From an uncultured Chloroflexia bacterium (lineage in GTDB: Bacteria; Chloroflexota; Anaerolineae; CG2-30-64-16): a stretch of 64,000 nucleotides of DNA. Positions 20,401 to 52,306 of this stretch are shown here, piece after piece (position 1 is the stretch's first letter; each line of letters begins with the position of its first letter). A model generated the notes under the pieces. It was not told the DNA's origin. It did not search any database and saw nothing but the letters and a program-made list of their open reading frames with translations. Location of the stretch: positions 96,001-160,000 of the forward strand of contig CAWEMM010000011.1 of the NCBI GenBank assembly GCA_963810095.1, written 5' to 3'. Both the position numbers and the translations under genes were made by a program.

Positions 20401-22650
20401 GAAATCTACATCGGCGGCGCCGGCGTCGCACGGGGCTACCTCGGGCGACCCGAGCTGACGGCAGAGAAATTCGTACAGGGCGAGAACCTGACCGGCAGCC
20501 CGGCCACCCGCCTCTACCGCACGGGGGATCTCGCGCGCTGGCTGCCCGACGGTAATCTGGAGTTCGTTGGCCGGGCCGACGACCAGGTCAAGGTGCGGGG
20601 CTATCGCATCGAGCTGGGCGAGATCGAGGTCGCGCTTGCCGCGCACCCAGAGGTGAAGGAGTGTGCGGTGCTGGCCCGGGCGGACGCCGGTGATGGGGGA
20701 CGGCGGCTCGTGGCATACTTCGTGCCCGCAGCCGATCCGGCGCCTTCGGTCGCAGATCTCCGGGCATTCCTGTCCAAGATCATTCCGGACCACATGGTGC
20801 CTGCGGTCTTCGTGCGGCTGCCGGCGCTGCCGCTCAATGCGCACGGCAAGGTCGATCGCCGCGCTCTGCCCGCACCGTCGGAGGCCCAGCAGGCCGACAG
20901 CGGGGCCGAGTTCCTGGCGGCCACGACCCCGGCCGAAAGGGCGCTCGCCGACATCTGGCAGCAGGTGCTCGGCGTGCCGCACGTCGGGGCTCACGACAAC
21001 TTCTTCGAGCTGGGCGGCGATTCGATCCTGTCCATCCAGGTCGTGTCGCGGGCGCAACCGGGCGGGACTGACCATCACGCCCAAGCAGCTGTTCCAGGCG
21101 CCGACGCTCTCCGCGCTGGCCGCGCTGGCAGGCACGGCCACGACCGGCTCTGCCGAGCAGGGGCCCGTGACGGGCCCGGTCCCGCTTACGCCGATTCAAC
21201 GCTGGTTCTTTGAACCAGGCATGTGGGGCGGCGAGGGGGCGAACCCCAACCACTGGAACCAGTCCGTACTGCTTTCCGTGCGCCAACAGCTTGACGGGGA
21301 GAGCTTGCGGGCCGCCGTCGTCGCGCTCGTAGAACACCATGACGCGCTCCGGCTGCGCTTCGTCGAGACGGATGACGGCTGGCAGGCGGAACATGCGCCT
21401 GCAGACCCGTCGCTCCCCACACCTTTCGACCATCTGGATCTCTCGCAGCTGGCCGAAGCAGAGCTCTCGTCCGCGGTCGAACGGCTGTCGGCCGAGGCGC
21501 AGAAGAGCCTGGATATTTCTCGCGGTCCGCTGCTCCGTGCGGTATACTTCGACGCCGGAGCCAAGCGCCCCGGGCGCCTGCTGCTCGTCATCCACCATCT
21601 TGCGGTCGACGGCGTATCCTGGCGGGTGCTTCTCGAAGACCTGCAGAATGCGTACGGCGAGCATATGCAGACCGGCCGGGTACAGCTGCCGCCCAAGACA
21701 AAGTCGTTCAAGAGCTGGGCCGAAAGCCTGGCATTGCACGCACGGTCCGAAGCGGTCGCCGGCGAACTCGACTACTGGCTGGAGCGGACCGGCGGGTGGA
21801 TTCCGTCCCTCCCCACCGACCACCCGGGCGGTGCGGCGGACAACACGGAAGCAGGTGTGGCGCAGATTGGCGTCACGCTGTCGCAGGAAGACACCGAGGC
21901 GCTGCTGACCCAGGCAAACGCGGCGTATCACACCGAGAGCCAGGACCTCCTGCTCGCCGCCCTCGCACAGGTCATAGAGCAGTGGACCGGGACGCCCACG
22001 CTGTACGTACATCTTGAGGGCCACGGCCGCGACGAGATCGACGAGGCCGAAGACGTATCGCGCACGATCGGGTGGTTCACGACAATGTACCCCGTGCGGC
22101 TCGACCTTCCGTGGGGCAGTGCCGATGCCCCGGGCGAGGCGCTTGTGGCAGTGAAGGAACAGCTTCGTGCGGTGCCCCGCCACGGGCGCGGTTACGGCCT
22201 GCTGCGCTACCTCGGCAGCGACGATGCGCGGGACGCGCTGGCATCCCAGCCCGAGCCCGAGATTTCGTTCAACTACCTGGGGCAGTTTGACCAGGTGCTC
22301 GCCGGAAGCGGCCAGGAAGCACTGCTCGGGCCCGCACCCGAGACCGCAGGACCGGACCGGGCCCCCGAGAACCGCCGCAGTCACCTGATCGACGTGACGG
22401 CCGCGGTTGCCGGGCACCGTCTCGGCGTGTCCTGGAGCTACAACCGGTCCCTGCACGACGAAGCGACCGTGCAGCAGTTGGCGCAAACGTATCTGCAGGC
22501 CCTGGCAAGGTTGATCGACCACTGCCGTTCGCCGGAAGTTGGCGCCTATACGCCCTCGGATTTCCCGCTAGCCGAGCTTGATCAGAAGCAGCTCGACAAA
22601 GTGCTGAAGCAGATGCAGCCCGGCCCCGCGCCGGCTGCTTCGGAGAACAC

Positions 22651-22654
<4 letters not shown>
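14470..22654 (+). CDS. NRPS gene 3: C(LCL)-A(Leu-like)-PCP-C(LCL)-A(unassigned, polar/basic)-PCP-E-COM; apparent 1-bp frameshift at ~21055
   Basis: ORF 14470..21213 reads to PCP GGDSILSIQVVSR. ORF 20663..22654 continues with NRAGLTITPKQLF, PLTPIQRWF, HHLAVDGVSW, EGHGR, TPSDFPL. ATGA overlap with gene 2. Confidence 0.94.
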
Positions 22655-43713
<21,059 letters not shown>

Positions 43714-43714
<1 letters not shown>

Positions 43715-44822
43715 TGGATAACATCATAGGTATCGCCTATCCTGAGTGGCGCGAGCTGCGCCGGGAGGTGAACAGCCTGGACAGCGGACGGGACGGGGTC
43801 GACCCGGACAAGAAGCAGTTAGCCCGCCGCCTGACCATCATGAGCCTGTGGGTGGCGTGGCGCAGCCGGGGTGAAACCCGCATGTTTGGCGAAGCCGTGG
43901 CGAAGACCGAGGTGCCCGACCCTGTCTTCATTCTGGGCCACTGGCGCAGCGGGACCACCCTGCTCCATAATATGATGGCCCTGGACGATCAGTTTGCCTA
44001 CCCCCGCATCTACCAGGTCTCGAACCCACACACCTTCTTGCGCATGCCCATCGAACGCATCGTCGAGCGCCAGAAGCAGACCTCCCAAAAACGAACGCGG
44101 CCGATGGACAACGTCGAGTTTGACCTGATGAGCGCGGCCGAGGACGAGTTCGCCACCTGCCCGATGAGCATCCGCTCGCACATGATCGCATGGTCGTTCT
44201 TACGACAGGAGCCTTTCTACGATCGCTTCCTGACCTTCCGGGAGGCGCCCCGAGAAGACTACGAGAGGTGGCGGAAATCGTTGGTCTGGTTCCTCAAGAA
44301 GGTTGTCTACAAGTACGACTGCTGCCGGCCTTTGCTCAAGTCGCCGCAGCATACGGGGCGAATCCGTTTCTTGCTCGAGCAGTTCCCCAATGCGCGTTTC
44401 GTCCATGTCCGGCGTAATCCGTACGTGGTGTTCCGCTCCACCCAGCGCCTCTACGACACGGGCATCCTGCCGCATGCGTTCCAGTCCTCCCCCGGCCCCG
44501 ACTTCGCCGTCGACGGCATCCTGCGCCGCTACAAGGAGATGTACGATGCCTTCTTCGAAGACCGGGCGCTGATCCCGGCCGGCCACTACACGGAGATTGC
44601 CTTCGAGGACCTCGAACAAGACATGATCGGGACCGTGGCTCGCACGCGTACGATGCAGTAGGCCTGGATGGTTATGCGCAGACAGAGCCAAAGCTGAAGG
44701 CGTTCGTCGCATCACAGAAGGACTACCAGAAGAATAAGCACCCGCAGATCGAAGAAGGGCTGCGCCAGCGCATCTATTCGACGTGGCAGCGGGCCTTCGA
44801 GGAATTCGGCTACCCTGCGTGA
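43714..44822 (+). CDS. Stand-alone sulfotransferase (Sulfotransfer_3/Stf3-like); apparent frameshift at ~44648
   Basis: PVFILGHWRSGTTLLH (PAPS loop), LLKSPQHTGRI, FVHVRRNPY, IAFEDL. After the shift the other frame reads AYDAVGLDG..YQKNKH..FEEFGYPA-TGA (44820-44822). ATG overlaps the NRPS stop (TGATG). Confidence 0.9.
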
Positions 44823-44873
44823 CCGGGCAAGTTTCTGCGCAGCATCGCACCAACTGACGACTAAGGAGACGGC

Positions 44874-46208
44874 ATGCAAGAGCCGCACGACATGCAAGAG
44901 CCCGACAAGCTGTTCAATCGCAACTTTGTGCTGCAGTGGCAGGGCCAGACGATCAGCCGGCTGGGCTCTCAGATATTCATGGCCGGCCTGCTCTTCTGGA
45001 TCAAGGGCGCCACCGGCTCGCCCGCGCTTATGGGCACGATCGCAATGGTCTCCAGCCTGCCTGGCGTGATCCTGATGCCGGTCGGCGGCGCGCTGGCAGA
45101 CCGCTTTCCGCGCCGCGTAATTATCATCCTCGGCGACCTGATTCGGGGCTTGGCGCTCCTCGGACTGACCGCGCTGATGGTGCTGCAGCCTCAAGCCATT
45201 CCCGCCATCCTCGCCGGCCTCTTCATCGTGTCGGTGATCAACGGCATTATCGGTTCGTTCTTCGGCCCCGCGCTGGCCGCCACCATCCCCGATCTCGTCC
45301 CGCAGTCCCGCGTGACGGCTGCCAATTCCCTCGGCCAGCTTTCACTGCAGGGGTCGCTGTTCATCGGGCAGGCCCTGGGCGGATGGCTCTTCGAAATGGT
45401 CGGCGCAGTCTGGCTCTTTCTGATCAACAGCCTCTCGTTCCTGTACTCGTCGGGCAGCGAGGTGCTGGTCAAGATCCCGCAGACCATTCCCGAGCGGAAG
45501 GGCAACTGGCGCGAGCAGTTCCGCACGTTCGGCCGGGAAATCCTGGAGGGCTTCCATTACGTGTGGGCGAAGCCCGGGCTGCGTGAGATGCTCTTCCTGT
45601 CGGCCGCGCTGAGCTTCTTTACCGCGCCCATCCTCGTGCTGATGCCGTTCTACGTTGAGGATACACTGCACGCAACCGCCAGGTGGTACGGGTTCCTCCT
45701 GTCGGGCTTCGCGGTCGGCACGATTCTCGGCTACGCGCTTGCGGGCGTCCTTCGGCTGCGCGCCACCCGCCGGGGCGCGGTCATGATGGTGATCTCCGTC
45801 CTTGTCCCGCTCGGGTTCATCGGCCTGGGTCTGGTCCGCACGACGGGCGCCGCGCTGGCCCTGACCATCCTGGGCGGCCTGGCGACGGGGTATGTCACGG
45901 TGAATATCACCGCCCTGATCCAGGTGACGACCCCCAGCGAGATTCGCGGCCGGGTTGTCGGCCTGCTCGCCGCGCTGTCGAGCGCACTCACTCCGATCGG
46001 CAGCGGGCTTGCCGGCATCGTCGCGGAGTTGCTGGGCAAAAATGTGGCGGTCGTCTTCATTGCGTGCGGCGCGCTCACCGCGGCGGTCGCGGTCTTCCTT
46101 TCGACACGCCGCAGCTACCGGGCTATAATGTCGACCGAGTTCGACCAGGCCCGCCAGCAGCGGCCCAGGCCGTCGAGGCCACCCGAACCAAAGCTGCCGC
46201 CGGCGTAA
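44874..46208 (+). CDS. MFS transporter (DHA3/EntS-like), probable peptide exporter
   Basis: NRNFVLQWQGQTISRLG, GGALADRFPRR (MFS motif A), about 12 hydrophobic segments, TPSEIRGRV. RBS aaggag upstream. Confidence 0.9.
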   Translation: MQEPHDMQEPDKLFNRNFVLQWQGQTISRLGSQIFMAGLLFWIKGATGSPALMGTIAMVSSLPGVILMPVGGALADRFPRRVIIILGDLIRGLALLGLTALMVLQPQAIPAILAGLFIVSVINGIIGSFFGPALAATIPDLVPQSRVTAANSLGQLSLQGSLFIGQALGGWLFEMVGAVWLFLINSLSFLYSSGSEVLVKIPQTIPERKGNWREQFRTFGREILEGFHYVWAKPGLREMLFLSAALSFFTAPILVLMPFYVEDTLHATARWYGFLLSGFAVGTILGYALAGVLRLRATRRGAVMMVISVLVPLGFIGLGLVRTTGAALALTILGGLATGYVTVNITALIQVTTPSEIRGRVVGLLAALSSALTPIGSGLAGIVAELLGKNVAVVFIACGALTAAVAVFLSTRRSYRAIMSTEFDQARQQRPRPSRPPEPKLPPA

Positions 46209-46225
46209 GCGAGACGAAACCACCG

Positions 46226-47002
46226 ATGACCAGCGCAACGCCAAACAAGTTCAATACCTGGATCTCGTGCCCGCGACCCAACGCAGCCGCCCGGGTGCGG
46301 TTGTTCTGTTTCCCTTACTCGGGTGCAGCCGCGAATGTTTTCTATCCGTGGTCCGACGTGCTGCCTGCAACCTGGGAAGTCTGCCCGGTGCAACTGCCCG
46401 GCCACGGAACGCGGCTAAACGAGCCGCTGGAAAAGCGCCTCGCCCTGCAGGTCGAAGCCGCGGCTGCCGGCCTCGCGCCGTACCTGGACAAGCCATACGC
46501 GTTCTTCGGCCACAGCATGGGCGCGCTGCTGGCGTTCGAGCTGACCCGCCACCTGCGCCAGGCCTCGGCGCCCCTGCCGCTCCACCTTTTCGTCTCGGGC
46601 CACCAGGCCCCCCAGCTCCCCGACCGCAACCCGCCGCTGCACGGGCTGCCGCACGACGAGTTCGTCGCCCGGCTGCGCGAGTTGAACGGCACGCCCGAAG
46701 AAGTGCTGAAGCACACCGAGCTCCTGCAATTGCTGGTGCCGATCCTGCGCGCGGACTTCGAGGTCTGCGAGACTTACGTGTATCCATCTGAACCGCCGCT
46801 GTCTGTCCCCATTTCCGCTTACAGCGGCCTGGGCGATGACTATGTGAACCGCGCCGAACTTGACGCGTGGCGCGAGCAGACAACCGGCACGTTCAGCGTC
46901 CGGATGTTTCCCGGCGATCATTTCTACATCAACACCGCGCGCCCGTACCTGCTCCAGGCGCTGGCGCGCGAACTCGAACAGACGCTCGCGACCCGGGCAT
47001 AG
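46226..47002 (+). CDS. Type II (editing) thioesterase
   Basis: [36 protein letters not shown]. The true ATG is at 46226 within ORF 45683..47002. Confidence 0.93.
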   Translation: MTSATPNKFNTWISCPRPNAAARVRLFCFPYSGAAANVFYPWSDVLPATWEVCPVQLPGHGTRLNEPLEKRLALQVEAAAAGLAPYLDKPYAFFGHSMGALLAFELTRHLRQASAPLPLHLFVSGHQAPQLPDRNPPLHGLPHDEFVARLRELNGTPEEVLKHTELLQLLVPILRADFEVCETYVYPSEPPLSVPISAYSGLGDDYVNRAELDAWREQTTGTFSVRMFPGDHFYINTARPYLLQALARELEQTLATRA

Positions 47003-47064
47003 CACCGCAGCGAGCAATACACCCGTTTTCCGCGCAACTTTATCGTTGCGCAACAGGAGGCAAC

Positions 47065-47286
47065 ATGGGCTGGGACGATCGTGAGGACACCACGGTTTAC
47101 CGGGTGGTCGTGAACTATGAGGAGCAATACTCCATCTGGCCGGTGGACCGCGAGATCCCCGCGGGCTGGCGCGATGGGGGCAAGAGCGGACCGAAAGCGG
47201 AGTGCCTGGCCTACATCAAGGAAGTCTGGACCGACATGCGGCCGCTTAGCCTGCGCAAGCAGATGGATGAGGCGCAAGGGGAGTAG
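47065..47286 (+). CDS. mbtH: MbtH-like protein
   Basis: [39 protein letters not shown] aggagg precedes ATG 47065. Confidence 0.96.
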   Translation: MGWDDREDTTVYRVVVNYEEQYSIWPVDREIPAGWRDGGKSGPKAECLAYIKEVWTDMRPLSLRKQMDEAQGE

Positions 47287-47299
47287 GAAGGGACGGCGG

Positions 47300-48103
47300 G
47301 TGCAGCCGCTTGCTCTGGCTGCATCCGCCCCCGCCGGCACGATGCTGCTTCCCCTCTGGGCGCCGCCAACCCGACTCTTCCCACTTGGACCGGCTGGTCT
47401 CCACCTGTGGCTCGTCGAACTCGAGCTCTCGCCGCACGAGCTCGAGCAGGCGCGCCAGGTGCTCACCGCCGGCGAGGTCGAACGCGCCCGGCGGTTCCAT
47501 TTCGACCATGACCGGCGCCGCTTTGTCGCCGCGCACGCCGCGCTGCGTACGGTCCTGGCGCAGTACGCCGGTCTTGCGCCGCGCCAGCTTGCCTTCCTGG
47601 CCACCCCTCATGGCAAGCCGTACCTCTCCCCCGACGTCAAGTATGCCGTCCCCGACCTGGCGTTCAACCTCTCGCATTCTGGCGAGCTTGCCCTCATCGC
47701 CGTCACCGCCGGTCGCCGTGTGGGCGTCGATATCGAGCTCATCCGGCCCGCGCTGGCCGAGGGCAACATCGCAGAGCGCTTCTTCTCTCCCGGCGAAGCG
47801 TGTGAGCTGGCCGCGCTGCCCGAGCACGAACGAGCCAGCGCCTTCTTCCGCTGCTGGACACGTAAAGAAGCGTTTGTCAAGGCCCGCGGCGAGGGCCTCT
47901 CGCTCCCTCTCGCCAGCTTCGACGTATCCCTGCGGCCCGACCGGCCGGCCGCCCTGCTTCGCACTTCACCAGACCCAGACGAAGCGGGCCGGTGGACCCT
48001 GGATGCTGTGCCTATCGACACCGAAGCGGAGTATGAGGCAGCAGTCGTCGTCGAAGGCCCACTGGCAGAAACGGCCCTCTGGAGGTTTCTTAGAAATACT
48101 TAA
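47300..48103 (+). CDS. sfp: Sfp-type 4'-phosphopantetheinyl transferase (start GTG 47300 or ATG 47342)
   Basis: HGKPYL, FNLSHSG, VGVDIE, FFRCWTRKEAFVKARGEGL. Confidence 0.93.
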   Translation: MQPLALAASAPAGTMLLPLWAPPTRLFPLGPAGLHLWLVELELSPHELEQARQVLTAGEVERARRFHFDHDRRRFVAAHAALRTVLAQYAGLAPRQLAFLATPHGKPYLSPDVKYAVPDLAFNLSHSGELALIAVTAGRRVGVDIELIRPALAEGNIAERFFSPGEACELAALPEHERASAFFRCWTRKEAFVKARGEGLSLPLASFDVSLRPDRPAALLRTSPDPDEAGRWTLDAVPIDTEAEYEAAVVVEGPLAETALWRFLRNT

Positions 48104-48223
48104 GAACCCTCCGTATCCTTCCGCGAATTCCCCCGTTGATGGAGTAAGTAACCGGTTTCAGATGCATTGCAGTTGCAGGCACGCAGACATCGCGGCCGGC
48201 AACGTGTCCCTAAGGAGACGCAG

Positions 48224-48748
48224 ATGGACGAGCACGAGCTCCTTCGCCGCTACCATGCCGGGGAGCGCGATTTCATGGGCGCAAAGCTTGCATTCTCGCA
48301 CCTGTCGGGCAGCAAGCTTCACGGCGCCAACTTGAGCGGGGTAAGTCTTTTCTCGGCGCGCTTGAGCGGCGCGGATCTGGCGGATACGGATCTGCGCGGT
48401 GCAAACCTGACGGGCGCCGAACTCGATGGGGCAAATCTCACGGGTGCGAAGCTGAATGCCGCCTCCCTTACCGGCGCAAATCTCGCCCGGGCCGACCTGC
48501 GGGGCGCGCGCACCGATCTGAGCGCGGCCAACCTGGCCTGGGCCAATCTCGGCGGCGCACGCTTGGCCGCGGCCAACCTGAGCGGGGCCAACCTGACCGG
48601 CGCACAGCTCGCGCATGCCGACCTGAGCGGCGCGGACCTGAGCGGCGCCGATCTTACGGACGCGGTCCTTGACGGCGCGATCCTGCGAGGTGTGAACTTC
48701 GCTAACGCCCGCCTGGCGGGCTCGTCGCTGGCCGGCGCGCTGCGCTAA
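48224..48748 (+). CDS. Pentapeptide-repeat protein (A(D/N)LxG type)
   Basis: MDEHELLRRYHAGERDF followed by roughly 30 A[DN]L[ST]G-like pentads. RBS taaggag. Confidence 0.92.
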   Translation: MDEHELLRRYHAGERDFMGAKLAFSHLSGSKLHGANLSGVSLFSARLSGADLADTDLRGANLTGAELDGANLTGAKLNAASLTGANLARADLRGARTDLSAANLAWANLGGARLAAANLSGANLTGAQLAHADLSGADLSGADLTDAVLDGAILRGVNFANARLAGSSLAGALR

Positions 48749-48786
48749 CTCACGCCCGCAGGGGCTACGTTCGCATCTCTTCCACG

Positions 48787-48833
48787 CCGCAGCTCACGGA
48801 AGGGGAACAGGCGGCTCCTTCCGTGAGCTGCGG
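48787..48833. terminator. 17-bp perfect inverted repeat between convergent genes (probable terminator hairpin)
   Basis: ccgcagctcacggaagg (48787-48803) pairs with ccttccgtgagctgcgg (48817-48833). No U-tract. Confidence 0.65.
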
Positions 48834-48860
48834 TCGCGTGTTGCGCCAGGCGCCGGGAGA

Positions 48861-48902
48861 ACAGAGAGGGGAGCGGCCGGTGCGGCACGCTCCCCTCTCT
48901 GT
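48861..48902. terminator. 15-bp perfect inverted repeat just downstream of the minus-strand operon
   Basis: acagagaggggagcg (48861-48875) pairs with cgctcccctctctgt (48888-48902). On the minus strand it is followed by a short tctc tract. Confidence 0.65.
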
Positions 48903-48927
48903 CGTCAGTTAGGCGGTGCCGGCTACC

Positions 48928-50506
48928 TCACGGCGTGCCGGCGGTCAGGCCGAACTCGAACAGGCCGACACGATTCGAAGGCGCCGCGGCGTCGGTCGTA
49001 CCCAGGCGGCCGTAGACGATATAGTATCTCGTGTCGGCCGGCAGGCCACGTACGGTGAGATCGTCGTACTGCCAGGGTGCGGCCGCATCCGTCGCATCGA
49101 CCACGAAGCCGCCGGTGGCCGAGGTGAAGTACGGGTTGGTCGGGTGCGCCAGGACGTGCGCCGCGTTGTTGGGCGCCGGATTCGTCCACGTCAGCCGCAC
49201 GTCTGCCGTGTTGAGGGGTGCGATGGCGAGGCCGGTCGCGGCCGGCACGGCGCACCGGGCGCGATGTAGTTGCCGCTGGCGTCGAACTCCCAGATGTGGT
49301 CTTCGACCTCGCCGAATTCGATGGGACCGCTCGGCGCGGGAACAGGCGTAGGCGTCCCCGCGACAGTTCTGCCAGATGCGGCAGCGGGCGGGGAAGGAAT
49401 TGGGCCAGGTCAGGCCCGCCGGAATGGTGATGCCGCGGGTCTTGGTTGTAGGGTTGATGATGCACGTTGCTTACGATGGTTTCGCCCGAGTCAGTCCACA
49501 CGCCGTTCTTGTTGAAGTCGATCCAGCAGCCGATGCGGGCGTTGGTTGGTGCCGACGATCGAAAAGTTCAGCGAGCCGCTGCCGTCGCTCCAGGTGTTGG
49601 TCGCGTCCGGGTAGATGCCTTGTTCGTCGTTAGGGCGTCGTGCCGTTCGTGTCGTCCGCGTCCGATGCTGCGTTCTGCAGGTTACCGGCATCAGCATCCA
49701 CGGCTTCATTTCCAAATCGCAGCGGCTGCCCGCCCGGCGTACCTGGGGCACAATACCGTGGCGTGCGCCGTCGCACTGCAGCCCGGTGAGTTGTCGGACT
49801 GCCGCAGGTCGCGGGCGGCAGTGCAGGCATACGTCTGGCCGTGTCGCCGTAGTCCATGGGGTTCGACAGGTCCGCTGCCGTCGAAGCCTGGTCGACCACA
49901 GAATCCCGTTGCACGTTGCTTGGTGCTCCAGCCGATACTGATCGGCGCGTGCTCCCGCGGCAGCCGGGATAAAGCAGGTACAGCGGCACGCCCCACTCGA
50001 TGCTGGCGCCGGCCGCGTCGGATGGTGGTCACCGCTGACCGCCCCGACGAACGTGAGCACACCGCTCGAGTTGGGGTGGCCGGGATACACGTTGACCGTT
50101 CCGTCCGGCGAAGAAGATAATCAGGCGGTCGCCCATCCGGTCCGTTCACAATGCGGTCGTTGAAAAGGCCGTCATGATTGCAGTCAATGCCCCCGACCGC
50201 TCGAAAGTTCGTGCCGGCAAGAGCAGGCGTGCCAATCGTATCGATGCGGAAGTAGATGTTCGTCCCGTCGTACCGCACCCAGGCCTTGGCAATTTCATTC
50301 CGATCGGTGATGGATCGGTTGTTGTTGGTATCCGTGTAGTTGGCGGTACCCCACGCGGCCGTGTCAATCGTGCCCGTCGCGAATTCGATCGTCGTCCACG
50401 CGGCGAATGCGGCCGACGCGACGGCAAGTCCGGTTGCGAGCACGCCAACGAAAACGAGCCAGCGCACCAGGCTGCGCTTGGATCGGGACCGTGCTTCCTT
50501 GGTCAT
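48928..50506 (-). CDS. Secreted protein with C-terminal FN3-like domain and SNRVGLFEFGLTAG tail; middle broken by several indels
   Basis: Signal peptide RSLVRWLVFVGVLATGLAVASAAFA with RBS ggagg. Coherent fragments 49706..50506, 49491..50090 and 48928..49248 (VRLTWTN..PYF..YYIV..SNRVGLFEF). Confidence 0.65.
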
Positions 50507-50538
50507 ACGCGTTCCTCCCTCTCGACAAGAATTGGGTG

Positions 50539-52276
50539 CTAGGGATGGTTTACCACTAGTTGATACGGGCTTGTGGCAGAGAAACCCGAGCCGACGAACA
50601 CGCGGACGTAGTAGTCGCCCGCCGCGCCGTACGCGCCCACCTCGTACGGGGCCGTCGTGTCGGTCATCAAGGTGTTGGCAATGTTGTCATAGTACAACAC
50701 CACCCGCACGGTCTCGCCCACCATGCCATCGACCCGGGCCGTGATTGCGCCGGCTTGGGTCATTTGCACGTGGAAGAAGTCACTTGAGTCGTTGGGCAGC
50801 GCGTAGACCGCTGCATCGCTGGTCAAACCGCCGTTGGCCTGCGTAAGCACATTGTTCGGTTCCGTCTCCCAACTCACCGCAGCACTGCGCACCTCGGACC
50901 AGGGGCTTGTGCCGCCGAAGTTGCGCGCTCGGACGCGGTAGTAGAAGGTGCCGATGCCGCGGCTGGGCATGTGAAACGAGGCGCTCTCGCCGGTATAGAC
51001 GATCTGGGTTGTTCCGGCAAAATCCGCGTTCTGCCCCTGCTCAACTTCGTAGACGTAGGCGTCATAGATCGGCGTCCACGAAATCAGGTAACTCGGACTT
51101 CCACCGGGCGGCTCGATCGCCATGAGTGAAGGCGCCAGCGGTGGCTGCAGATCAGCCGGCAGTTGGAGCACCAGCGGGAGATACACATTGGGCACACGGG
51201 TGGCCTCAGGCGTTCCCGTTTCGGTGGCCGTCGCAGTGGGCGTAAACGACTCGGCCGGAGTGGGGGTATCGGTGGCCGTAGGGCCCTCAGTGGCCGTCGG
51301 GCTCGGCGTGGGCGTCTCCGTTGGGGTTGCGGTGGGCGTAGACGTCACCTCGGACGTCGGCGTATCGGTCGGAGCCGGCGTGGACGTCGCGGCACGCACG
51401 CCGAAGTTGACCACCTTGTTCGTCGGGAAAACCAGGGTGACCGGCACCTGTGTCGGGCTCGTAGCTGCGTAGCCCGCCGGCAGCTGGACGGAGACGGTGT
51501 AGACGCCCGCGGCAGCCGTCGGGAACTCGTAGTAGCCGGCCGCGAAAGTGGTTGCCTGCCTCCGCAGCTTCGGGTCGTCTGGCCGCGGCACCAGGTCCAC
51601 CTTGACACCGCTCACCCCCGACGTCTCGTTGGGGTTACGGATGCCGTCCCCGTTTTGGTCAAGAAATACATGACCGGTCAGCGGAATGACAACCTTGACG
51701 GTGACTTTGTCGGTGCGCGATAACTGGGTCCCGTCGCCATCGACGGCCGTCCAGGTCGCAGTGTTTGTAACATCCTGGAGCAGCGCAGGCGGGAGCCCGG
51801 CGAGACCGATCTGTCCGCTGGGTGGGAGATTGAACACTGCGGGACCCGGGCTGCCCAGCTTGTCGTCGACAAGCGTGTGGGTGATCCACGTCGTAGTCCC
51901 GTTGTTTGTTACGATGTAGCAGTACGCCACCGTCGTGCTGTACCACACGGTCAGCGAGTCGACCGCGCCCACGCACCCCCCCTGCGCGTCAAAGTCCGAT
52001 CGCAGCATGACCTTCTTGTCGAACCGAAAATCGGGTGCCGCGGGCTGGTCGGGCGAAGCCGGGGCCGGTCCGGTTATCCGCCTGCCCCATCCCGAAGGCA
52101 GGCAGCAGACGGAACTCGGTCGAACCCGCCCCGGCCGCGCCGGCCACAGCGTCGGCGAGCGGCCCGGCCGGCCGCGCCGGCGCCGCCAGCACTGCCAGTA
52201 CAAGGGCAGCGGACAGCCCGGCACCCACCAGTATGAGTGTCAGCAAGCCGGCAGTCCGGCGCAATCCGCTTCTCAC
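50539..52276 (-). CDS. Secreted multidomain protein: DUF11-like, SdrD B-like, Pro/Thr linker, YLPL motif, FN3, PPC-like; frameshift near 52070-52110
   Basis: Signal peptide in ORF 51989..52279 (RRTAGLLTLILVGAGLSAALVLAVLA) after RBS gaggagg. Main ORF has YCYIVTNNG, VFLDQNGDGIRNPNE, VYLPLVLQ, YYRVRARN..SPWS, ETEPNN..GDYYVRV. Confidence 0.8.
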
Positions 52277-52306
52277 CAAGCCTCCTCGAGCCGCCGTGCG
52301 CTCAAG

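Noticed and set aside
48787-48902. ncRNA or MITE at the twin hairpins
   Set aside because: The two stems are unrelated in sequence, occur once in the window and sit between convergent genes, which fits terminators.
49250-50110. Several small ORFs or a true pseudogene
   Set aside because: The fragments look like one secreted protein with locally poor sequence quality; its status cannot be decided from this sequence.
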